From a bacterium (GTDB taxonomy: Bacteria; UBA8248): 64,000 nucleotides of DNA. How positions within the stretch are numbered: the stretch's first letter is position 1; each line of letters starts with the position of its first letter. The stretch covers positions 1,408,001-1,472,000 of the forward strand of contig CBDATS010000004.1 of the NCBI GenBank assembly GCA_965200245.1, given 5' to 3'. Shown here piece by piece: positions 30,325 through 39,059 of the stretch. The notes beneath the pieces are model-generated. The model had not been told where the DNA came from. It ran no database searches and worked only from the letters and a program-made list of their open reading frames with translations. The position numbers and the translations under genes were made by a program.

Positions 30325-31941
30325 TCAGATTCCCAGCAGAGGTTTCGCAACCTCTCGCGCCTGATCCAGGTTTTCGAGGATGCGATCGGGCGGCACCTCG
30401 CGCAGGATGTCGAGCGCTTCCAAGGTCTCCGCCACGTTCCCCGAAAGTCCGATGACGATGGATTCCGTTCCCTCCTCGGTGGCGACATCGATGAGTTGCT
30501 TGATGACCATGGCGGCGCTGTCGTCGATGTAGGTGGCTTCCTTGAAATTGAAGATCACGACCTCGTGATCCTTGATGTCGAGGCTTATCGTCCGCACCAG
30601 TTTTTTGGACGACGCGACGGTGAAGCTTCCCCGGAGCGCTACCATGCCGACGCGCGCCTCGAACGGGTCGACCCCTTCCACTTCTTCTCCCTCGTATAGG
30701 AACATTTCATCCAGCAGGGGCACGGAAACCACACTGTCGAGTTCCATATATTCGAGTTGTCCCGCGTGAGCCATACCCGCGACGATGAGACCAATTGCCA
30801 CAGCACTTATGAGGTCGACGAACACCGTGAGGAGCAGTGTCGTCAATAGAACGAAAAGATACTCGCGCCGGATACGGTGGAGGCGGGTGAGCAGGTGCCA
30901 GTCGATGATGTCCCACCCCACCTTCATGAGTACGCCTGCAAGAGCGGCGATCGGAATCGACTCGACGTAGGGTCCCAGACCCAGCAGGATCGCCAGCAGA
31001 AACACCGCGAATATCGCCCCCGCCGCCCGGGTCTGCCCGCCCGATCGGATGTTGGGCACCGTGTAGACCGGGGTACCCGCGCCGGGCAACCCGCCGATGA
31101 GACCTGCCGCCGCGTTTCCCACGCCTTGGCCGATGAGTTCTCGGTCCGGGTCGTGGCTCGTTCGGGTGAGCGAGTCGGCCACGAGGCAGGTGAGGAGGCT
31201 CACCACCGAACCGATGAGGGCAAGGATGAGCGCGGGCTCCAACGCGCGCACCAGAAAACTGAGTGAGGGCAGCCCAATTTGCAGGCCCGGAAGACCCACC
31301 GGCACTTGCCCGATGACGGGCGCATCATGGAGGAACAAGATGCCAATGGGCGTGCCCGCGAGAAGTCCCACAAGGGGAGTGGGGAATATCTTTCGGAACC
31401 GCGGCGGCCAGAAGATGGCGACGCCGAGCGTTACAACGCCGACTCCCAAAGCGTCCCAGTTGATTTTGGCCAGCGCTTCCGGAAGTGCAAGAATCATCCC
31501 CACGGCCCCGCCGGGTGCAGGGGCCGATCCCAAAAAGGGCAAGACCTGAATCGCCATCACGAGGACGCCGATGCCGGACATGAAGCCCGAGACGACCATG
31601 TAGGGCGTGTAGGCCACGAAGCGACCGAGCTTCAACACGCCCAGAAGCGCCTGGAGGAGACCGCCCATCACGACAACCGTCAAGGCTTCTGTGAAGTTAT
31701 CCGCATAAGTGGTGATGATGACCGCCATGACGATGGCCATCGGCGCCGTGGGGCCGGAAATCTGGGTCCGCGTGCCGCCGAAGACCGCCGCGAAAAACCC
31801 CACCGCTATCGCGCCGTAAAGCCCCGCCGCGGCACCCATCCCGGATGCAACGCCGTAGGCCAGCGACAGCGGCAGGGCCACTACCATGGCAGTGACGCCA
31901 CCGAACAGGTCTCCGCGAAACGTATCGAAATCGTATTTCAC
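30325..31941 (-). CDS. SulP family anion permease with STAS domain
   Basis: GDLFGG.TA.VVALP, QISGPTAPM, DRELIGQG.GN and a C-terminal STAS (YIDDSA). Confidence 0.92.
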   Translation of the reverse strand: MKYDFDTFRGDLFGGVTAMVVALPLSLAYGVASGMGAAAGLYGAIAVGFFAAVFGGTRTQISGPTAPMAIVMAVIITTYADNFTEALTVVVMGGLLQALLGVLKLGRFVAYTPYMVVSGFMSGIGVLVMAIQVLPFLGSAPAPGGAVGMILALPEALAKINWDALGVGVVTLGVAIFWPPRFRKIFPTPLVGLLAGTPIGILFLHDAPVIGQVPVGLPGLQIGLPSLSFLVRALEPALILALIGSVVSLLTCLVADSLTRTSHDPDRELIGQGVGNAAAGLIGGLPGAGTPVYTVPNIRSGGQTRAAGAIFAVFLLAILLGLGPYVESIPIAALAGVLMKVGWDIIDWHLLTRLHRIRREYLFVLLTTLLLTVFVDLISAVAIGLIVAGMAHAGQLEYMELDSVVSVPLLDEMFLYEGEEVEGVDPFEARVGMVALRGSFTVASSKKLVRTISLDIKDHEVVIFNFKEATYIDDSAAMVIKQLIDVATEEGTESIVIGLSGNVAETLEALDILREVPPDRILENLDQAREVAKPLLGI

Positions 31942-32109
31942 GCGCTGCTCCCCCTTCGTGTATTTCATCACTGAAAATGCGTTTGAGCGTTTTTTCACAG
32001 CATACCACACCCCCGGTGAACCGTGAGTGCGTGCTTCCCTGTCCGCTCCGTTTAATGGTAATTATGGCGCGGCTTCATTGTTCGACTACTTGCCCACCCC
32101 GGAACGTGT

Positions 32110-33294
32110 ATGAGCACAGGCGCCAACATCTTCATCATCGCGTCGAGTCATTCGGTGAACTCGCTATACAACCGGATTCTAACGCCCATCCTCCCGCTCA
32201 TCATGGCGGATTTTGGCCTGAACTACACGCAGACGGGCATTATCGCGTCGGTCTACGCCTTGTCGAGCAGCCTGTTTCAGCTGCCCATCTCGTTTCTGGG
32301 CGATTTTACGGGAAAAACCCGGCTCATTCTGGGTCTCTCGCTTCTGTTCAACGCCCTGCCCGCCTGGTTTTACGGCTATTCGACCACCTATGCGGCGCTG
32401 CTCTGCTTCGTCTTCCTGAGTGGACTGGGCTGTTCGGCCTATCACCCCGCAGCGGTTTCGATGATTGCCAAGGAAAGCCCCAAAAACCGCGGCCTAGCCA
32501 TGGGACTCTTCAAGGCGGGAGGCGATTTCGGCAGCATCCTCACACCCGTGGCCATGAGCTGGCTTACGGTGTATCTCACAAGCTGGCGCGCCGCGGCGCA
32601 GTATTTCGTGCTGCCGGGCGTTGCATGCGCCCTGCTCGTCTGGCTACGTTTCCAGGACATGCCCAGCGGACGCAAATCAATGGCGAAAGAGGCAAAATCC
32701 ACGTTCGCAGAATTGTTCAGTGACAAGTTCATGATCCTGATGACGCTGCTCTCCTCCTGCAGGGTAATGGGCTTGCGCGGTATCATGACGTTTCTGCCCC
32801 TTCTGCTGGCCGAGGGGCTGGGGCTCGGCACCATCGAGGTAGGCTGGGCGATCACCGGCTACTTCCTCGTCGGCACGGTATTCGCTGTCATCTGGGGAAA
32901 ATACGCCGACGCGAAGAGCGAGACGCGTATCATTCTCTTCATGATGGCGGCGAGCGCCGTTTCTCTCGCGTTCTTGTCCTTGACCGAATCGATGGTCGTC
33001 TTCTTCGGCCTGCTCGCTCTGCTGGGCGCATGCCTCAACCCCTCCCAGAGTCTCATGCTCACGCTCACCACCGGTGTCGTTCGCGAAAAAAACCGCACGA
33101 GCGCCATCGGCCTCATGTACACGGCGAACGAGGCGGCCTCGGTGATGTCTCCCTTCCTGGGTGGTCTCATCGCCCAGGCGGTGGGCCTCAGGCAATCGTT
33201 TCTCTTCTACGCCCTGCTCTGCCTCATCGCCACGAGCATCGCCTGGCTCATCCACGCAGAGCAGAAAAGGCGAGCGGGCTTGAACACCGCCTGA
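32110..33294 (+). CDS. MFS transporter (Fsr-like)
   Basis: About 12 hydrophobic segments; G.SAYHP and RGLAMG. Confidence 0.88.
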   Translation: MSTGANIFIIASSHSVNSLYNRILTPILPLIMADFGLNYTQTGIIASVYALSSSLFQLPISFLGDFTGKTRLILGLSLLFNALPAWFYGYSTTYAALLCFVFLSGLGCSAYHPAAVSMIAKESPKNRGLAMGLFKAGGDFGSILTPVAMSWLTVYLTSWRAAAQYFVLPGVACALLVWLRFQDMPSGRKSMAKEAKSTFAELFSDKFMILMTLLSSCRVMGLRGIMTFLPLLLAEGLGLGTIEVGWAITGYFLVGTVFAVIWGKYADAKSETRIILFMMAASAVSLAFLSLTESMVVFFGLLALLGACLNPSQSLMLTLTTGVVREKNRTSAIGLMYTANEAASVMSPFLGGLIAQAVGLRQSFLFYALLCLIATSIAWLIHAEQKRRAGLNTA

Positions 33295-33400
33295 AATCTT
33301 TACACGCAGGCGCTGTTTTACTAAACTTGTGCATTCAGCCAATCACGTCATCCGGGAGTCTGGCCCGAAATGATAACTTCAAGGATAGGAGTCCACCGAC

Positions 33401-34309
33401 ATGAGCGAGAAAAGCACTCTCGATAGTCTGGAAGTCGTTCCGACGGGAGGCCCGCTGGGCGCCGAGATAAGAGGCATCGACCTGGCGCAGCCCATATCCG
33501 AGGAGGTGAAGCAAGCCCTGCGCGACGCCTGGACGGAACACCTCGTACTCTTGTTCCGCGAACAGGAGATGACCGAGGAACAGCACCTGAACGCCACGCG
33601 CATCTTCGGCGAGGCCGTCGTGCCCGCCGCCAAGGCCTATTACGACAAGGCCGGAAAAGAGCAGACCTGGGCGGCGGAATACCCCGAAATCACTGTCGTC
33701 CACAATCTGGACGACGACGGCAATCCCGTGCAGGAGAACAACAACTTGGGAAGCGGCGAGGTCGTCTGGCACAATGACAACTCCTACGCCGAGAAACCGC
33801 CCGCGGGGAGCATGCTCTTCGGGCGAATGCTGCCGCCATCGGGCGGGAACACATGTTTCAGTAACCAGTACATGGCGTATGAGACCCTGCCAGAAGACGT
33901 GAAGCAAAAAATCGACGGCAGGACCGCCGTTCACGACGCGAGCAGAAACTCCGCCGGCACGCTGAGGCCGGGTGTTAAGCTGCCCACGAAGCCCTCGGAG
34001 GTTCCCGGACCGCACCATCCCCTCGTTTGCACGCACCCCATCTCGGGCAGAAAGGCGCTTTATCTCGGACGCAGGCGAGTCTGGCCCTCGCAGTACATCG
34101 ACGACATGGAAGAGCAGGAGAGCGAGGAACTTCTGGATTTTCTCTGGGAGCACGCCTGCCGCGATGAACTCGTATGGGCACACGTCTGGCGGCTGGGCGA
34201 TGTCCTGCTGTGGGACAACCGCTGCACCATGCACTACCGTGAACCCCACGCGGGCACGCATCCACGCCTTATGCACCGTACCCAGATCGCGGGCGCACAG
34301 CCTGTGTAG
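33401..34309 (+). CDS. TauD/TfdA family 2OG-Fe(II) dioxygenase
   Basis: Motifs LGAEIRGIDL, WHND, GGNT, HPLV.THP and WDNRCTMH.R. Confidence 0.92.
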   Translation: MSEKSTLDSLEVVPTGGPLGAEIRGIDLAQPISEEVKQALRDAWTEHLVLLFREQEMTEEQHLNATRIFGEAVVPAAKAYYDKAGKEQTWAAEYPEITVVHNLDDDGNPVQENNNLGSGEVVWHNDNSYAEKPPAGSMLFGRMLPPSGGNTCFSNQYMAYETLPEDVKQKIDGRTAVHDASRNSAGTLRPGVKLPTKPSEVPGPHHPLVCTHPISGRKALYLGRRRVWPSQYIDDMEEQESEELLDFLWEHACRDELVWAHVWRLGDVLLWDNRCTMHYREPHAGTHPRLMHRTQIAGAQPV

Positions 34310-34512
34310 GGAATGAACGGAGGAGAACACGCAGGCTCATCCCCAATGAAATCCCCGTGTTTTTCGGAGGGTCGGATCTAAGGTCCGTACATGGGTGCCC
34401 CCCAGCATGCGAGCGTTTTCATCGAAGGATTCGACATAAAGCGGTCCTGCTCGATCCTGCGTCCGGTCTCTCGAACGCGGCACTTCCTCCTCGGGCTTGT
34501 ATGAAGACAGGG
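34235..34512 (+). repeat. tauD 3' end plus downstream segment, copy 1 (candidate att site)
   Basis: 34289-34512 recurs at 36433-36651, and 34235-34330 recurs at 38958-39053 (diverged direct repeats). Confidence 0.9.
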
Positions 34513-34568
34513 TTACAGGGTCTAGAGGTGTTGTCCGCGGTGCCGATCCGAGCGGCATGTCGCCTGTC

Positions 34569-35791
34569 CTATGCCGTAACCCTGATTGCTGTCGCATAGG
34601 CAGCGAGGTCCGATGAACTCATCCGGAGCCGTTGCGTCATGTTCTTCCACCCATGCAATGCAGCCGCGACTTCGTCAATGATGGCATTGGCCCGGATTAG
34701 GTCCAGCGCGAAATAGGGTGCAGCGTTGCGGGCAATATCCAGGTCGGCGTCCGGCCCTTCTTCCGATATCCACGTCGTTAGTTCCCGCGCCTTTTCGGTC
34801 AGCGGAACCGGGTTCAGGTCATAGGCCGGCGAAAGGCGCCACTTGTTATCCCGATCATAGAGGAAGCCATGGTTGCGGAGGTGATCGTCGAGATTGCCGA
34901 CCATCACATTGAAGACGATCCGTCTCCACAGTTCATGCAGGTCTTCGGTCGGTGCACTCGAATACATTTTGATGACTTCTGCGATATCCGTGTAAGTCGC
35001 TTCGTCGCCGTCGTTGAGCCCAAGCAGGGTCATGGCGGAAACGAACGGGATTCTTCGGTCTTGATCACGGTCGAAGCGTGTGATCAGAGACACCGGCCGT
35101 CCGGCCACATCCAGCAGTGTTGCCTTGGCAACCTTGATTCCTGCGGCGGCGGCCAATGTCATGGCCAACACTTCGCCACGCGGGATGCTGCGCTCGTCAT
35201 CATTTTTCGGGAACTTGGCGATCGCCAAGCGACCGTCATTGTCGATGACGACCGATTTGGGGCGGGCACCACCGAGTGGCGAACCTTCATAGAGCAGAAA
35301 CTTCAAGTCTTCGGCGGTTTCGGTGTTTGACAGTACCGCATCGACGGCGCTGATTAGCGCCGGCAGCTGGATCAGGGGAGGCACGCGGTAACGGCCGGTT
35401 GTGTGGTCGAAGGTCTCGTCACCTTCCCGGCGGCACCGGAGCGCCCCTATTCTCGTCTGATCGTTGATGGCGAGGAGGTAGTCGATTTCGGACAGGGCGC
35501 GTTGTTCGCTGGCCTTGCGAAAGGCACGTCGTATCAGTTGTTGTCCCCACGGTCCGGGGCAGTGTCGCGCAACGCACCAGGCAATGCCGACTTGTCGGAG
35601 GAGGTGTATGTCCGTTGATGTTCCAGCGGCAGGTTGGCTGGATCCAAGGCGAAAGCATTGGCGCGGCCACGCCATTCGTCGGCATATTCGAAAAGCGAAC
35701 TTTGGCCGTGTCGCTTGGCAATGTAATGGTACTGGCCGACGAAACATGTCTCTCTGTTATTGTCGATGAAAACCTCGATAGTATCGGTCAT
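34569..35791 (-). pseudogene. hipA: HipA family toxin kinase with 1-nt frameshift at ~35550
   Basis: DTAPDR|WGQQLIRR is split across frames. Motifs GGARPK, AKFP, RFDR, GNLDDHLRNHG and LSPAYD. Confidence 0.88.
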
Positions 35792-36123
35792 GACGGTGTC
35801 CGGATGCCGCGACGTGTTCGCACTCTTTTAGGTAGTCGATCCTCGTCGATGTCCAGTCCGAGGGAATCGTTGCGTCGATCAGCCGCCTGTGCGAGACGGT
35901 CAGCGAGCCCCAAAATGGCCAAGACCGTTGCGTAGATGCCCATCGAGACCGATGGGTCGCCTCTTTCGACCTTGTATAGGGTACCACGGCTGATGAATGC
36001 GCGTTCAGCCATCGAAACTGTCGAGATGCGACGCTTCTTGCGGGCGACCGCGATGTCTGCGCCCAGTTTGGCGAGGGCTTGTCTGGCTGTCTTTGGAAGC
36101 GTATGTATCGCTGATGTTTTCAT
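35788..36123 (-). CDS. XRE/HipB-like HTH antitoxin
   Basis: LG..I..ARKKR.IS...AERA.ISR.TL.KVE.GDP.VS. Overlaps the hipA start (ATGA). Confidence 0.88.
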   Translation of the reverse strand: MKTSAIHTLPKTARQALAKLGADIAVARKKRRISTVSMAERAFISRGTLYKVERGDPSVSMGIYATVLAILGLADRLAQAADRRNDSLGLDIDEDRLPKRVRTRRGIRTPS

Positions 36124-36160
36124 TTTTATGTCTCATATAATTAACAAAAAAACGTTTTAT

Positions 36161-36431
36161 GTTTATTATATAAGACATATGGGAGGCCAGTCAACAGATT
36201 CCAAACTTGAGCGCAACTGGATGAGGCCTCTCTCTGTATAGTAACAGTGGCCACAGAATCGCCTATGCCGTACCTTCGTTCATTGCTTCCAACATTGCCT
36301 TGTAAGCCGCGACGAGGATGTCGTCGAGTTCCTCCTCCCGTCGGCGCGAGCATTTGCTTCTGGTTGAGGGTAGCCAGCGCATATGCGATGCGCCAAGTGG
36401 GTTTGATGACATCGAGACGTCCGGGCGATAC
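36161..36431 (+). repeat. Duplicated segment (hipB promoter plus 3' end of RHH-like gene), copy 1
   Basis: Diverged direct copy at 38097-38367. Confidence 0.85.
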
Positions 36432-36432
36432 A

Positions 36433-36651
36433 GTGGTGCATAGCCTGTGTAGGGAATGAATAGGGGAAAACACATAGGCTCACTCCCAATGAAATCGCGT
36501 ATTTTTCGGAGGGTCGGATCTAAGGTCCGTACATGGATGTCCCTCAGCATGCAAGCGTTTTCATCGGAGGGTTCGACACAATGCGGTCCAATTCGCTCCT
36601 GCATTTGGCCTCTCGAACGCGGCACTCCCTCGGGCCCGTATGAAGACAGGG
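36433..36651 (+). repeat. tauD 3' end repeat, copy 2
   Basis: AGCCTGTGTAGGGAATGAA...GGAGGGTCGGATCTAAGGTCCGTACATGG shared with 34289-34512. Confidence 0.9.
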
Positions 36652-36910
36652 GGATCGGTTCCGAATTGCACGATTGAACTTGGCGGTTCTGGACACATGT
36701 CGGACTTTATCTACCTCGTCTTGACGAACTTTTTTCCTTCTACTTCCTCCGGCCTGTTCACATTCCTTCCGGTTCTATCTCCGCGCTTTCCGAGTAGACG
36801 ACTGGCGTCGGTTCCCTGTAGATATCCTTGTTCTTATAATAGTGCCCACGCGATGCGCGGTATGCGATTGGCCAGCGTCGCCGCGACTACTTTTCTCAGC
36901 TTGCGCGCCG
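36530..36910 (-). mobile_element. IS110/IS1111 remnant: transposase C-terminus plus long 3' non-coding end
   Basis: ARKLRKVVAATLANRIPRIAWALL, followed by CATACGGGCCCG...GAGGCC...GCTTGCA...GGGACATCCATGTA, which resembles IS1111-type right ends. Confidence 0.65.
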
Positions 36911-37057
36911 GTCGAGCCGGGTAATTGAGCGTGGTACGGAGGTAAGGCACGACCCGCTTCCACGTCAGTTTTCAAGATGACGGGTCGCTTTTCCATTGAG
37001 TAGTAAAGTGTTAACCTGATTGCCGGATTTTTGAATAATTGAATCGGAGATACGATC

Positions 37058-37654
37058 ATGCGCGGCCTTTCCCATCGTATCATGGAATATGCCGCAACCC
37101 TTCCAGAAGCCACACCGCTGTGTCCGGCTGCCCTGTCGCACCTTGGCAATCGCACAGCTGTCGCTCACGCCTTGTCCCGCCTTGCCCATTCGGGCTGGAT
37201 CATGCGGATATGCCGGGGCGTTTACATGCGCCCTATTGAGACCCGTTTTGGTTTTCAGGCACCCCGGGTCGGCAAGGCGCTGGCAGCGTTGTCCAACTTG
37301 TGGGGCGAGACCATCGTGCCCTGTGGCGGCGCAGTAGACAATTTTCTGGGTCTGATCAAGCAGAATCCCGTTCGCGTCGTCTATCTCACCTCCGGCCCCG
37401 ACCGGCGACTGCGCTTCGGCGAGCATACCGTCCAGTTGCGCCATGCCCCAAATTGGCAACTGGCCGCCCCGCATCGCAAGGCGGGGGATGTCATCCGCGC
37501 CTTGGCATGGCTCGGCCCGGAGGAAGTCGATGACAGCCTTGAGGCGACACTGCCCACGCTTTCCGAGGAGGATCGGGACGAGCTATCTGCCGCGCGCTCT
37601 GTCATGCCCAACTGGATGTCGGAACCGGTGAACACACATCTTGCACATGCATGA
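37058..37654 (+). CDS. DUF6088/AbiEi-like antitoxin
   Basis: LG.R.AV..ALSRL, RI.RGVY.RP..TRFG and YLTSGP.R.L. Directly upstream of an AbiEii-like gene. Confidence 0.8.
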   Translation: MRGLSHRIMEYAATLPEATPLCPAALSHLGNRTAVAHALSRLAHSGWIMRICRGVYMRPIETRFGFQAPRVGKALAALSNLWGETIVPCGGAVDNFLGLIKQNPVRVVYLTSGPDRRLRFGEHTVQLRHAPNWQLAAPHRKAGDVIRALAWLGPEEVDDSLEATLPTLSEEDRDELSAARSVMPNWMSEPVNTHLAHA

Positions 37655-37976
37655 GACCCGCTACGAGACTCTAACGGCTGCAGACAGGCGCGACGTGCTG
37701 GAAGCAGCCGAGCGCAACAGCAACTACAAGGCGCATCTTCTGGAAAAAGACATCTGGATCGTCGCTACACTGCGGGTCATTTTCAAGGTTCCGTTCGCCG
37801 GACATCTGACTTTCAAGGGAGGCGCGTCACTCTCGAAGGCGTGGCGCGTAATCCGCCGTTTTTCGGAAGACATCGACATCACATATGATATCCGCGCCTT
37901 TACGCCAGATCTGGTTTCCGGGACTGGCGAAAAAGCGCTTCCGCCGACGCGCGGTCAGGAGAAACGCTGGATGTAG
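37647..37976 (+). pseudogene. AbiEii/AbiGii nucleotidyltransferase toxin, 3'-truncated
   Basis: LEKDIW, FKGG.SLSK and RFSEDID. Ends at ~110 aa, fused to a hipA 5' fragment. Confidence 0.85.
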
Positions 37977-38081
37977 GCCATTCGTCGGCGTATTCGAAGA
38001 GCGAATTTTAGCCGTGTCGCTTGGCGATGTAACGGTACCGACCGACGAAACATGTCTCTGTGTTATCGTCGATAAAGACCT
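37977..38081 (-). repeat. Second, fragmentary copy of the hipA 5' end
   Basis: Matches 35671-35775. Confidence 0.85.
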
Positions 38082-38197
38082 TAATAGGCATTAATATTTA
38101 TTATATAAGACATATAGGGGATTAGCCAACAGGTTCTGGGCTTGATCGCGACTGGATAAGGCCTCTCCTTGGAGAGTAACAGTGGCCACGGAATCGC

Positions 38198-38560
38198 TTA
38201 TGCTACACCTTCGTTCATCGCCTCCAACATTGCCATGTGAGCCGCGGCGACGATGTCGCCGAGTTCCTCCTCCCGTCGGGCGCGTGCATTTGCTTCTGGT
38301 TGAAGGTAGCTAGCACATAGGCGATGCGCCAAGTGGATTCGATGACCCCGAGATGTCCGGGCGATACCGCGGCCCGTGGGAGGCTCGCCCAACCTCTCCT
38401 CTGCGAGAACGATCGCACCGATGTGGACCAGTTCGTTGATCGGAATGCTTTGTGGTAGCTCGTTCGACCAGTTTCCATTCGAAATCGGAGAAGTAGATCG
38501 AATGTGATTGACGCGCATCGTTCCGGTTTTCAACTGACTTGCTCCCGGTTTTGGGACTAT
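38198..38560 (-). pseudogene. Ribbon-helix-helix (MobC/CopG-like) gene remnant
   Basis: Across frameshifts reads HSIYFSDFEWKLVERA...ELVHIGAIVLAEERL...WRIAYVLAT...EEELGDIV. The 3' half is duplicated at 36263-36431. Confidence 0.4.
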
Positions 38561-38857
38561 TGCGATTATTTCCGGTATCCTTCTTGCTCTCTCTAGGTCG
38601 ATTTGCAAGCCGATTTTGGCCATTTCCGCGCGCGATATAGGGTATAGATGCCCGCTTCTGGCCGAAAAGCGCCTAATGGGGTTTGTCAAGACCGCAGCGT
38701 GCGGCACGCTGCGACCGGCCTCGAAGACCTGAAACGCCATCGCGCGGAAATTGCTGATATTGGAAGCAGACGTAGGATGCCTAGCCGCGCTCGTCACGGA
38801 CGATCACTTCGGCGCGGTTGGGGCACAGTGCTCGCGTGATAGGCTACTACGTGTCGC

Positions 38858-38956
38858 GCCTAGGCAGGTCTGAACAAGGCTGTTCCAAGGGAAGCGGTGG
38901 ACATCGTATTCGACCAAATCGTCGAGGCCTTGGCGATTAGCGAGGAAGCGCGGATA
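38858..38956 (+). pseudogene. HU/IHF DNA-binding protein fragment
   Basis: A*AGLNKAVPREAVDIVFDQIVEALAISEEARI resembles the HU N-terminal helices. Confidence 0.55.
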
Positions 38957-38957
38957 T

Positions 38958-39053
38958 TACCGCAAACCCCACGCAGGCACGCATCTGCGTCTAATGCACC
39001 GCACCTAGCTCGCGGGCGCACAGCCTGTGTAGAGAATAAATGGGGGAGAACAC
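38958..39053 (+). repeat. tauD 3' end repeat, copy 3
   Basis: Encodes YRKPHAGTHLRLMHRT*LAGAQPV* versus tauD YREPHAGTHPRLMHRTQIAGAQPV*. Confidence 0.9.
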
Positions 39054-39059
39054 AAATAA

